A stretch of DNA of 32,000 nucleotides, taken from the NCBI RefSeq assembly GCF_000008665.1, contig NC_000917.1, positions 1,890,001 to 1,922,000 of the forward strand, given 5' to 3'. The stretch comes from Archaeoglobus fulgidus DSM 4304 (GTDB taxonomy: Archaea; Halobacteriota; Archaeoglobi; Archaeoglobales; Archaeoglobaceae). Below the pieces are notes generated by a model that saw nothing but the letters and a program-made list of their open reading frames with translations, did not search any database and was not told where the DNA came from. This document shows positions 1 through 8,081 of this stretch, piece after piece; the first letter of the stretch is position 1; each line of letters opens with the position of its first letter. The position numbers were made by a program, and so were the translations under genes.

Positions 1-976
1 AGAGGGGGTCGAGCGGTGTTTCGATGTAGGGACATAGCTTCTCCGGAAGGGAAGCGGCGAGGTGCAGGTTAGCGAGCCATCCCAGTCCCGGGTCCCACGC
101 ATGGGGCATAAACTTGAGGTTGAAGGCCTCAGCAAGAGCGGCGACCTTTCTGCACTCTTGTATTCCGTTCGAATAAACCGCATCTGCCTGAACGATGTCA
201 AAAGCTCCCCCTTCAATGAGCATTCTGAACCTCTGGATGCCATGCTCCAGCTCTCCTCCAGAAATCTCAATGCTGGTGTTTTCCCTGAGCCACCTGTATC
301 CCTCTACGTCATCCTTCCAGAGCGGCTCCTCAAGCCAGAGAACTTCAAAGTTTTCAAGCTCCTTGGCAACCTTCATTGCTTTTTTCCTGCTCCAGTAGGG
401 TGGTGTGTAGCTCCAAGCCTGATTTGCATCAACTGAAATCTTAACATCGGAAAACTCCCTCGCTACGGCTTTCAGCACCTCCAGGTCCTCATTGATCCTT
501 TCTCTCCTGAACCTCAGCTTCACCACATCTATTCCGAGCTCGGCGTACTTTTCAACCATTTTCACGGTTTCTTCTGCTGAAAGCAACCTGCCTGTGCTTG
601 CGTAAACCTTGACTTTCCTTCTACCACCACCGAGCAGCCTGTAAAGCGGCAAACCTTCCCTTTTAGCAATCAGGTCCCATATGGCAACCTCCAGTGCTCC
701 AAGCCTCTGAATCGCCCAGCTGCCCACCTCAAGCAGCCTTGCATCAACGTCTTCAATTTCAATGTCTAAGCCTTGAATCGTAAGCTTGACCGTCGTTTCG
801 AGAAAGTGCTTGTAGGCTGCACCAAACTCAATCGCAGAGTATCCCTTGAATCCACCCGCCTCAACCTCTACTATGCTGAAAACGTAAACGGGATGTGGGA
901 AAGGCTCCCACGAAAACTGGATTGGTTCGCGAAGTGGAATTGCAAGAGTGTGAACCTTCAAATCGCCCAGTTTCAT
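1..976 (-). CDS. Enolase-superfamily enzyme (mandelate racemase / muconate lactonizing enzyme family); C-terminal end lies beyond the window edge
   Basis: Absent from the ORF track because no stop falls inside the window. My translation of the minus strand from the ATG at 976..974 gives MKLGDLKVHTLAIPLREPIQFSWEPF...GIDVVKLRFRRE...ISVDANQAWSY...VLWLEEPLWKDD...FDIVQADAVYSNG...MPHAWDPGLG. The DANQ, LEEP and later Asp motifs fit the MR/MLE barrel metal-ligand pattern. The plus-strand ORFs at 62..436, 195..398 and 773..1087 are antisense shadows. Confidence 0.8.
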   Translation of the reverse strand, partial: MKLGDLKVHTLAIPLREPIQFSWEPFPHPVYVFSIVEVEAGGFKGYSAIEFGAAYKHFLETTVKLTIQGLDIEIEDVDARLLEVGSWAIQRLGALEVAIWDLIAKREGLPLYRLLGGGRRKVKVYASTGRLLSAEETVKMVEKYAELGIDVVKLRFRRERINEDLEVLKAVAREFSDVKISVDANQAWSYTPPYWSRKKAMKVAKELENFEVLWLEEPLWKDDVEGYRWLRENTSIEISGGELEHGIQRFRMLIEGGAFDIVQADAVYSNGIQECRKVAALAEAFNLKFMPHAWDPGLGWLANLHLAASLPEKLCPYIETPLDPL

Positions 977-1100
977 GCTCCTTTTCCTCAGCACGATTAT
1001 TTATTCTTTTTGATTAATCGTATTCGATGGGTTTTAAACTCTTGCAGCCTGACAAAATCAACCTTAGCAAACTTTTTAAAATTATAATCATAAATCGAGT

Positions 1101-2828
1101 ATGGCGCAGATTTCTGGAGGAGAGTTGCTTGTGAGGTGTTTGATAAAGGAGAATGTCAGGTACATCTTTGGAGTTCCGGGAGGGCAGCTTCTCACCTTCC
1201 TCGATGCGATAAAAAGGGTTGGGGAGAAGCACGGAATGAAGTTCGTAAACTGCAGGCACGAACAGGCTGCGGCGAGCATGGCAGATGCTTACGCAAGAGT
1301 TAGCGGTGAGATTGGGGTTTGCGTTGGCACGATAGGCCCGGGTGGGGCTGATTTGGTTCCGGGAGTTTATCCTGCCTTTGCGGACAGCGTTCCCATGCTC
1401 GTAATCACAGCTCAAAACCAGACGTGGAAGAGCTACCCTGACCACGGCTCAATGCAGGCTTTAGACCAGTACCACCTCTTCAAGCCAATAACGAAGTGGA
1501 ATGCGGTGGTTTCACACTGGGAGAGGATTCCAGAACTCGTTCAGAGGGCCATAAGAATTGCCCTTTCGGGCAGGCCGGGGCCTGTGCACCTTGATTTCCC
1601 ATCTGACGTGCTCTACAACGGTCAGGAGGAGAGCTTTGCGAAGGTTTACGGGCCTGAGCGCTACAGACCGATGAAGCCCCCTGTGGGGCATCCTGAGCTG
1701 GTGGAGAAGGCTGCTGAAATGCTCTACAACGCTGAGAGACCGCTCATTCACGCAGGGACAGGGGTTCTGAGGGCTAAGGCTTGGAATGAGCTTAGAGAGC
1801 TTGCCGAGTATCTTGGAGCTGTTGTAACAACCACAATGGGCGGGAGGGGAGCAATTCCGGAAGACCACCCGCTCTGCATCCTCCCTGCAAGTCCGGCAGC
1901 AATCACAGCCCAGAACGAGGCTGATGTTATTCTGGTTGTTGGAAGCAAGATGGGCGACTTGGATTTCTGGGGAAAGCCACCAGCATGGGGTGACCCTGAG
2001 CAGCAGAAGACCATTCAGATAGACATCGACCCAGAGATGATTGCCCTAAACCGCCCAGTTGATGTTGCAATTGTTGGAGATGCTAAGGAGACTCTGAAGG
2101 CGTTGATTGAGGCGGTGAAGAAGAAGGGGGAGAAGAGGGAGCCGGTTGACAGGCTCAAGGAATACAGGAAAATGCAGCAGGATTGGCTTGAGGGGTTTTT
2201 GAAGCTGGCTGAAAGCGGTGAGAAGCCCATTCACCCGCTGAGGGTGATTAAGGAGGTCAGGGAGTTTTATCCCAGAAACGCCATCTCCTGCGTTGATGGA
2301 GGCAACACGGCAGTTTGGGCTTCATATCTCAACAGAATTTACGAGCCCAACACCTTCCTGTGGGCGGCTGACTCTGGCCACCTTGGCACGGGACTGCCAT
2401 ACGCCATCGGAGCGAAGCTTGCCAACCCCGACAGGCCCGTTTACCTGATAGCGGGGGATGGTGCCTTCGGCCTGACAATGGAGGAACTTGAGACGGCAAG
2501 CAGGGAAGGGGTGAAAATTACAGCTGTGGTCATGAACGACGGCTGCTGGGGGATGATTAAAGGCTCGCAGAAGGCGGCCTTTGGCGGGAGGTTCATAGGT
2601 GTTGACTTCAAGGATGTCAGATACGATAAAGTGGCTGAGTCGATGGGATGGTACGGGCAGAGGGTTGAGGAGCCCGAGGACATTGCCACAGCACTCGACA
2701 AGGCTGAAAGCTCAGACAAACCAGCTTTACTGGACGTGAAAATCTCGCAGGAGGCCAATCTCTCCCCGCCAGACTTGATTACTCTCTCAATCGTGTGGCT
2801 TGAGGGCTGCAATCCTCCACCAGTATGA
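1101..2828 (+). CDS. Thiamine-diphosphate-dependent enzyme, acetolactate synthase large-subunit-like
   Basis: 575 aa. The N-terminus (GGELLVRCLIKENVRYIFGVPGG) is typical of ThDP enzymes. ThDP motif GDGAFGL-x-VVMNDG (GDG-x24-ND). A TATA-like TTTTAAAATTATAA lies about 20-30 nt upstream of the ATG. Confidence 0.85.
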   Translation: MAQISGGELLVRCLIKENVRYIFGVPGGQLLTFLDAIKRVGEKHGMKFVNCRHEQAAASMADAYARVSGEIGVCVGTIGPGGADLVPGVYPAFADSVPMLVITAQNQTWKSYPDHGSMQALDQYHLFKPITKWNAVVSHWERIPELVQRAIRIALSGRPGPVHLDFPSDVLYNGQEESFAKVYGPERYRPMKPPVGHPELVEKAAEMLYNAERPLIHAGTGVLRAKAWNELRELAEYLGAVVTTTMGGRGAIPEDHPLCILPASPAAITAQNEADVILVVGSKMGDLDFWGKPPAWGDPEQQKTIQIDIDPEMIALNRPVDVAIVGDAKETLKALIEAVKKKGEKREPVDRLKEYRKMQQDWLEGFLKLAESGEKPIHPLRVIKEVREFYPRNAISCVDGGNTAVWASYLNRIYEPNTFLWAADSGHLGTGLPYAIGAKLANPDRPVYLIAGDGAFGLTMEELETASREGVKITAVVMNDGCWGMIKGSQKAAFGGRFIGVDFKDVRYDKVAESMGWYGQRVEEPEDIATALDKAESSDKPALLDVKISQEANLSPPDLITLSIVWLEGCNPPPV

Positions 2829-4033
2829 GGGCTCTGGTTGTTGAGTTAAGGCTTTGGAAAGCAGCACTGAGCCTGCTGCTGGGGAAGGTTACGAAAAGCG
2901 TTTACTACAGCCCCCTATCGTTGCTGAAATACTACAAAAACTACCCTGAACCTGCGCTGCCCGACGAGGACTGGGTCAAGGTAAAGACGAGGCTCTGCGG
3001 GATTTGCGGGTCAGACCTCAGAATCATAACTCTTCAGGAGAGCTTCTATTTAGCCCCGCTGACATCCTTCCCCTTCATCCCGGGCCATGAGGTGGTAGGA
3101 GAGGTTGTTGAGGTGGGGAAGGAGGCAGATGCACAGGAAGGGGAGAGGGTTGTCATCAATACAGCCCTTTCCTGCAGAGTTAGAGGATTTGATGACTGCG
3201 ATGCGTGCAGAAAAGGCCATTTTGCCGCCTGCCATAATGTGGATAGGGGCAGAATCTCTCCCGGCATATTCACGGGAACGTGCAGGGATACAGGAGGAGG
3301 GTGGGCAGAGTACTTTGTGGCCCACGAATCTCAGCTTGTTAGAGTGCCAGAGGGGATTAGGGATGAAAACGCTGTGTTCGCTGAGCCGCTCACCATAGGA
3401 ATCCACTCAGCCCTGAGAAGCTTTCCCGATGATGGAGAGGTTGTCGCAATTGTGGGTTGTGGTGTTATCGGCATCTGCACCATCATCGCCCTGAGACACC
3501 TTGGCTTCAGGGGTGAAATCATCGGGATTGATATAAGTGAAAGACAGGCCGAGCTGGCAAGAAAATTTGGAGCTGATGGGGTGGTAACTGAAAATCCCGT
3601 AGAGAGGATTGCCGAGATGACGGGTGGAAGAGTTTACCGCCCGCCGAGGGACAAACCAATGTTCATTGGTGGTGGGGTTGATGTGGCCTTTGAGTGCACC
3701 GGAATTCCCCAGACCGTGGATACAGCCCTGAGAATAACCAAGCCTCTTGGCAGAGTTGTGATTGCGGGAACCGTAGCCAAGATGGGCGTGGACTGGGCTC
3801 CTGTATTTGCGAAAGAGCTGAGCGTGTTGGGAACTTTTGGATGCGGAATTGAGGAGGTTAATGGGGAGAAAAGGGATGCCTTCGACATAGCCTTTGAAAT
3901 CCTCAAAAAAGTTGACCTCTCTTCTCTGCTTACCCACAGATTCACCATCGAGGACTACAAGAAAGCTCTGAGGGCTGCGATTGAAAAAGGGAAAAGTGGG
4001 GCGGTGAAGGTGGCCTTTGATTTTACTCTTTGA
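2825..4033 (+). CDS. Zn-dependent medium-chain dehydrogenase/reductase (alcohol/threonine/sorbitol dehydrogenase family)
   Basis: 402 aa with CGICGSDL, GHEVVGEVVEVG, the Cys cluster CDACRKGHFAAC and the Rossmann motif VGCGVIGI. The start overlaps the upstream stop (ATGA at 2825..2828). Confidence 0.85.
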   Translation: MRALVVELRLWKAALSLLLGKVTKSVYYSPLSLLKYYKNYPEPALPDEDWVKVKTRLCGICGSDLRIITLQESFYLAPLTSFPFIPGHEVVGEVVEVGKEADAQEGERVVINTALSCRVRGFDDCDACRKGHFAACHNVDRGRISPGIFTGTCRDTGGGWAEYFVAHESQLVRVPEGIRDENAVFAEPLTIGIHSALRSFPDDGEVVAIVGCGVIGICTIIALRHLGFRGEIIGIDISERQAELARKFGADGVVTENPVERIAEMTGGRVYRPPRDKPMFIGGGVDVAFECTGIPQTVDTALRITKPLGRVVIAGTVAKMGVDWAPVFAKELSVLGTFGCGIEEVNGEKRDAFDIAFEILKKVDLSSLLTHRFTIEDYKKALRAAIEKGKSGAVKVAFDFTL

Positions 4034-5164
4034 GCTGCAGAGCGAGGAGGAAGGACACAGCAAGAAGTCCGGCGGAGAGGAGCAGCGTGGAGTTCCAGCT
4101 CGCCATACTCTCGAACAAAACTATCAGCACAACCGAACCCACCTGAGAGAACAGCCATAGAGAGGAGTTGGCGGTTCCGGCAAACTGCTCTCCAACTGAA
4201 GTTGCAGATAAGTCGAGGGCAAGTGGAAGGGCAGAGATGAAGAAGAATCCCAGAACGAAGAGCACAGCTGCCACCATTGCCATACCGAAGGCGATTGCGT
4301 GGATATAAAACAGCACAGCTGAGATTATGAAGCATAAATAGAGGAAGGGCTTTCTTTTGCCGGCCCTGTCAGATAAGGCTGGAATGATAATGCTGCCAAA
4401 AATCCCGCCCAGAAGGAAAGCTGTGGCTGTAAGTCCAGCAGTCTCCACAGTTAAGCCATGCTCCTCCAGAACCGGCTCAACCCAAGTGAGGTAGGCTGTG
4501 AATATCCCCACCCCAATGAAGGCAATGACGGAGAGAATCACAACGTTTCTGTTTTTAAGCACCTCTAAGTACTCCCTCAGCCTGTACTCCTCCTCCATCT
4601 CCCCTCCAGTCTCCTTGCCCAGCAAGTAAAAGAAAACCAGCACGACGAAGGCGAAGATGCCGTAAATCAGCAGCATGCTCTCGAAACCAATGCTTACCGT
4701 CAAAGCCGGGGTCAGGCCGAGGCCGACAATTGTTCATATGAAAAGGGAGATGCTCCCCAGACCAGTTGCAAGTCCTGCCTCCTCGGCAGGGAACCAGCTC
4801 TTGACAAGATGCTGTTGAATATGAAAGGCTGCCCCACAGCGGTTAGAGTTTGGAATGCCAGCAGCATTTCAAAGGTTGCTGCAAAGGCCCTCAGCAGGCC
4901 AAAAACGGCAAAGAAGGCACTTCCCAGCAGAACCGCTTTCCTGAACCCCCTTCTGTCAACGTAGTAGCCTACTGGAAGAGCGAGGACTATGAAGACGATT
5001 GGAAAAACGGCAGAAAGCAGCCCGACTTCCGCATCCCCCACACTGTAGATTTCCTCCACAATGGGCAGGATGGGCGAGAAGGTAATCCACATGATCTGCG
5101 AAACGATGCCCGCAAGGATGTACATTGCAAGAACGACCCATCTATATGAATTCATAATAAACAA
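4023..5164 (-). pseudogene. MFS-type transporter disrupted by a 1-nt frame offset and an in-frame TGA
   Basis: ORF-track pieces 4712..5164 (N-terminal half) and 4023..4703 (C-terminal half) are both polytopic and MFS-like. My codon walk shows the N-terminal frame losing sense after ...GQPFIFNSI (about 4806..4815). The frame of the C-terminal piece reads LVKSWFPAEEAGLATGLGSISLFI, then TGA (4734..4736), then TIVGLGLTPAL-TVSIGFES. The likely true start is the ATG at 5155 (MNSYRWVV...), 10 nt after the rSAM stop. Confidence 0.7.
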
Positions 5165-6304
5165 TCAATCCCCAAGCAGACATTTCGCTATGCCGCTGCT
5201 GTAGAGGCATTCGCTGCATGATGGTAAGTTGGCATAGCAGTCAACGTTTGTTTCGGCGTACCAGCAACCCTCAACGTAGGGGCAGTCGGCGCACCACGGG
5301 AAGTTCTCCATATCCGCCCTGACCCTTTCAAACTCGGCCATTTTTCCGATTACATCGTCAATGTCCTCTTTCAGGACGTTACCGGGGCAGAACTTCTCCA
5401 CTTTCTTGTAGTGGCCGTCAACGTACTCCGTGTGAGTGTAGGCAAAGGACATGCAGCTCGAAATCTTCCCGTCAACTCTCAGAAAGGCAGAATCTCTGTA
5501 GGGACACTCCCTCGCTTTGGAGTCTCCGAAGAAAGAGGGCTCAATCAGCTCAACACCGTAATCCCCTGCCAAATCTCTGAGCATTTCAAAAACACCTTCA
5601 GCCTTAAAAGCGGTCTCTACTCTTCCCTTTCGACCGAAAATTGCCAGAAGGTTGATGGAGTATCCTTTTGAATACACTTCTTTGAGCAAGTGCTTGTATC
5701 TCCTCAACGCCTCTCCCCCACCTCTGGAGCAGTCCTTAATCGCCTCAACAAGGATGCTCTCATCCAGTCCGAGAACCTTCTCAACCGTGATTCTGCTGCA
5801 CTCGAAGTAAACGCCCTGCTCGTAAATTGCAGGATTTGACGCTACGACATTGGTGGCAAGCATTCCTGAGCCATGCTCAGCTATTCTTTCGAAGAAAGCC
5901 GGGAGCAGCTCAAGATTGTCCTTTGTTACAACCACCTCGGCAATTCCTCTCTCACCCAGCTTTCTGAGCACTTCAAGAGCCTTCTCAACCTCAAGCCCTT
6001 TCCTGAACTTGTCATTAACGTCAATTGAAACTCCGACCTTGTCTGCCAAATCAAGGATATCGGAGTCAAGCATTCCGTTCGTGCTGATCACTACCTTTCC
6101 GTCAAAGCCCTCAATCCTCTTGAAAAAGTCGGGGTAAAGCAAAGGTTCTCCATAGCCATAAATCACGTACTCCTTCGCAACGCCGTTAACCCTGTCGAGA
6201 ACTTCGAGTGGTAGGTCCTGCGGTGGGATGCTCTTGCGGTGGCAGTACTCGCAGTCAAGCGTGCAGAAGGTGGTGGGCTCAATCTGAAGTTTTTTGAGCT
6301 TCAT
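5165..6304 (-). CDS. Radical SAM enzyme with a C-terminal Cys-rich SPASM/twitch-like domain
   Basis: 379 aa. CTLDCEYC (Cx3Cx2C) at residues 14-21. There are 10 Cys in the last ~115 aa, including WCADCPYVEGC (Cx2Cx5C). The start overlaps the stop of the upstream MoaD-like gene (ATGA at 6301..6304). Confidence 0.85.
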   Translation of the reverse strand: MKLKKLQIEPTTFCTLDCEYCHRKSIPPQDLPLEVLDRVNGVAKEYVIYGYGEPLLYPDFFKRIEGFDGKVVISTNGMLDSDILDLADKVGVSIDVNDKFRKGLEVEKALEVLRKLGERGIAEVVVTKDNLELLPAFFERIAEHGSGMLATNVVASNPAIYEQGVYFECSRITVEKVLGLDESILVEAIKDCSRGGGEALRRYKHLLKEVYSKGYSINLLAIFGRKGRVETAFKAEGVFEMLRDLAGDYGVELIEPSFFGDSKARECPYRDSAFLRVDGKISSCMSFAYTHTEYVDGHYKKVEKFCPGNVLKEDIDDVIGKMAEFERVRADMENFPWCADCPYVEGCWYAETNVDCYANLPSCSECLYSSGIAKCLLGD

Positions 6305-6570
6305 CCTCCGGCCACCGGTGGAAAAACAGCGATTCTGGCATTCTCACTGAGCTTCTCAATCATCTCATCCTTTATGTTTCTGCCGTTTACCGTTATTATT
6401 CTGTCGTCCCTGAAATTCCCCCTCTCGTCGAAAACCTCCTTGAGGAAGTCTTTTCCGAGCTTCTCCGCAGCAGCCATGAAAGCTCCCCTTAGCGTGCTGT
6501 CGCACTCAACCTCTATGCTCTTCCCGTACTTTTCTCTGAGCGTGGCGTAGAACTCTATTCTAACCTTCAC
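6301..6570 (-). CDS. MoaD/ThiS-family ubiquitin-like small protein with a C-terminal Gly-Gly
   Basis: 89 aa. MKVRIEFYATLREKYG... ends in ...ARIAVFPPVAGG followed by the stop. Length and the FPPVxGG terminus fit MoaD-type sulfur carriers. GTG start, with a TATA-like CTTTTATTGG about 20-30 nt upstream. Confidence 0.75.
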   Translation of the reverse strand: MKVRIEFYATLREKYGKSIEVECDSTLRGAFMAAAEKLGKDFLKEVFDERGNFRDDRIITVNGRNIKDEMIEKLSENARIAVFPPVAGG

Positions 6571-6604
6571 AAAAAGAGTAGTCCAGAGCCAATAAAAGCC
6601 TTCC

Positions 6605-6620
6605 TCACGATGGTTCGTGA
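6605..6620. promoter_or_regulatory. Perfect inverted repeat TCACGA-tggt-TCGTGA abutting the TATA-like element of the ribK promoter (candidate operator)
   Basis: Read directly: 6605..6610 TCACGA, 6611..6614 spacer, 6615..6620 TCGTGA. It is followed by TATAAAAACCTTTAAATTTTTT (6621..6642). The ATG at 6664 is about 27 nt from the TTTAAAT box. Confidence 0.45.
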
Positions 6621-6663
6621 TATAAAAACCTTTAAATTTTTTGAGGTGCTTCTCATATATGAG

Positions 6664-7311
6664 ATGCTCGAAGTCCTCAAGGCCTTGGCGATGATGAACG
6701 CGACAAGGAAGGTCGTGAAAATAAGCTCAAAGGAGCTTGCAGAGCACATAGGGCAGAGTCTGCAGACAGCTGCGAGAAAACTGAAGGAGCTCGAAGATGA
6801 AGGGCTAATAGACCGCACACTCACCAAAGACGGGCAGTTTGTGGTGATAACAGAGAAGGGGAAGCAGCTTCTCTACAAGGAGTACATGGACTACAAGAAA
6901 ATTTTCGATGACGAGGGCACGATTAAAATAAAGGGAGAGGTTTTCAGCGGAGTTGGGGAAGGGAGATACTACGTCTCTCTTGAGGGTTACAGGAAGCAGT
7001 TCAGGGAGAAGCTAGGCTTCGACCCCTACCCGGGCACGCTCAACCTCAGAATTCCGAAGGAGGAAATGTACTTCAGGAGAAGGCTGGATGAGGAGAGGGG
7101 AATCCTTATCGAAGGTTTCTCGACTGAGGACAGAACCTTTGGAGAGGTTAAGGCATTCAAGTGCAGAATAAACGGTATCGAGGGGGCAATTGTGATTCCG
7201 AAAAGAACGCACTATCCGGCGGAAATTCTCGAGGTAATATCTCCGGTAAAGCTCAGAGATAAGCTCGGATTGAAGGATGGGGACTTCGTGGAGGTGGAGG
7301 TGATTTTATGA
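6664..7311 (+). CDS. ribK: CTP-dependent archaeal riboflavin kinase fused to an N-terminal winged-HTH domain (RbkR-type bifunctional regulator/kinase)
   Basis: The C-terminal half (GEVFSGVGEGRYYVSLEGYRKQFREKLGFDPYPGTLNL...) matches the MJ0056-type kinase pattern. The N-terminal ~85 aa (ISSKELAEHIGQSLQTAARKLKELEDEGLIDRTL...ITEKGKQLL) looks like a wHTH. The ORF track starts at 6610. I prefer the ATG at 6664 because 6610 lies inside the promoter palindrome. Confidence 0.85.
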   Translation: MLEVLKALAMMNATRKVVKISSKELAEHIGQSLQTAARKLKELEDEGLIDRTLTKDGQFVVITEKGKQLLYKEYMDYKKIFDDEGTIKIKGEVFSGVGEGRYYVSLEGYRKQFREKLGFDPYPGTLNLRIPKEEMYFRRRLDEERGILIEGFSTEDRTFGEVKAFKCRINGIEGAIVIPKRTHYPAEILEVISPVKLRDKLGLKDGDFVEVEVIL

Positions 7312-8024
7312 TACTCGACTTTGAAGAGTCGTTGAGGGCTTTCAGGAAGGGCTCACCAGTGCTGATATACGACTTTGAGGATAGAGAGGGGGAAACGGAC
7401 ATAGCCATTCCCGCAATCCACGTGGGGAAGGATGAAGTTGCGATGATGAGAATTGATGGAGGAGGGCTGATCTGCGTTGCAATACACCCAGTAGCTGCGG
7501 AGAAGCTCGGCCTGCCGTTCATGCACGATGTGCTGAGAATTGCGAGTGAGAAGCTGCCGGAAATAAGGAAGGTTGCAGACGCGGACGACATAAAGTACGA
7601 TTCGAGAAGCTCCTTCTCGCTCTGGGTTAACCACAGGGACACCTTTACGGGAATAACCGACGTTGACAGAGCGCTGACAATAAGGAGAATTGGAGAAGTG
7701 GTTGACGAGGTTATGATGGGCAAAAAGGTTGATTTTGGCAGGGAGTTCAGAAGTCCGGGGCACGTTGCGCTGCTGAGGGCTGCGGACAAGCTAACCTACG
7801 AGAGGGTGGGGCAAACTGAGCTCAGCGTTGCCCTTGCGGAGATGGCTGGAATAGCTCCAGCAGTGGCGATCTGCGAGATGCTGGATGCTGAGACTGGCAA
7901 GGCTCTGACTAAGGAGAAGGCCATGGAGTATGCGGAGGAGAAGGGCATACCGTTCATCGACGGGAGGACGATAGTTGAGCACTACCGGAAATTCAGGGAG
8001 GTTGAGGTGAGCCTGTTCGTCTAA
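7308..8024 (+). CDS. ribB: 3,4-dihydroxy-2-butanone 4-phosphate synthase
   Basis: 238 aa. PVLIYDFEDREGETDIAIPA...GGLICVA... is the typical DHBP synthase signature. ATGA overlap with ribK (7308..7311). Confidence 0.9.
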   Translation: MILDFEESLRAFRKGSPVLIYDFEDREGETDIAIPAIHVGKDEVAMMRIDGGGLICVAIHPVAAEKLGLPFMHDVLRIASEKLPEIRKVADADDIKYDSRSSFSLWVNHRDTFTGITDVDRALTIRRIGEVVDEVMMGKKVDFGREFRSPGHVALLRAADKLTYERVGQTELSVALAEMAGIAPAVAICEMLDAETGKALTKEKAMEYAEEKGIPFIDGRTIVEHYRKFREVEVSLFV

Positions 8025-8081
8025 ACCTTTCTCGAAGGTTTTCGGGGATACGGTTATATCTCCTGAACTCCTTCTAATTTC

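Noticed and set aside
62-1087. Plus-strand ORFs at 62..436, 195..398 and 773..1087
   Set aside because: They lie antisense to a continuous, motif-bearing enolase-superfamily ORF (1..976, minus). Their translations are low-complexity Ser/Pro/Leu-rich with no recognisable motifs.
3407-4063. 218-aa minus-strand ORF, plus 3634..3948 and 3050..3406
   Set aside because: These are antisense shadows of the Zn-dehydrogenase gene. The plus-strand frame carries the GHE, Cys-cluster and GxGxxG motifs, and the antisense translations do not.
4734-4736. In-frame TGA/TAG codons in membrane-protein genes (4734..4736, 27877..27879, 29960..29962) as programmed recoding (selenocysteine, pyrrolysine or read-through)
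   Set aside because: I saw no SECIS-like hairpin immediately downstream. The same genes also carry frameshifts or truncations, and as far as I recall this type of archaeon is not known to use Sec or Pyl. Ordinary nonsense mutations in decaying genes are the simpler explanation.
7253-7789. 178-aa and 136-aa minus-strand ORFs opposite ribB
   Set aside because: The plus strand encodes a clear DHBP synthase. The antisense products are Ser/Leu/Pro-rich shadows.
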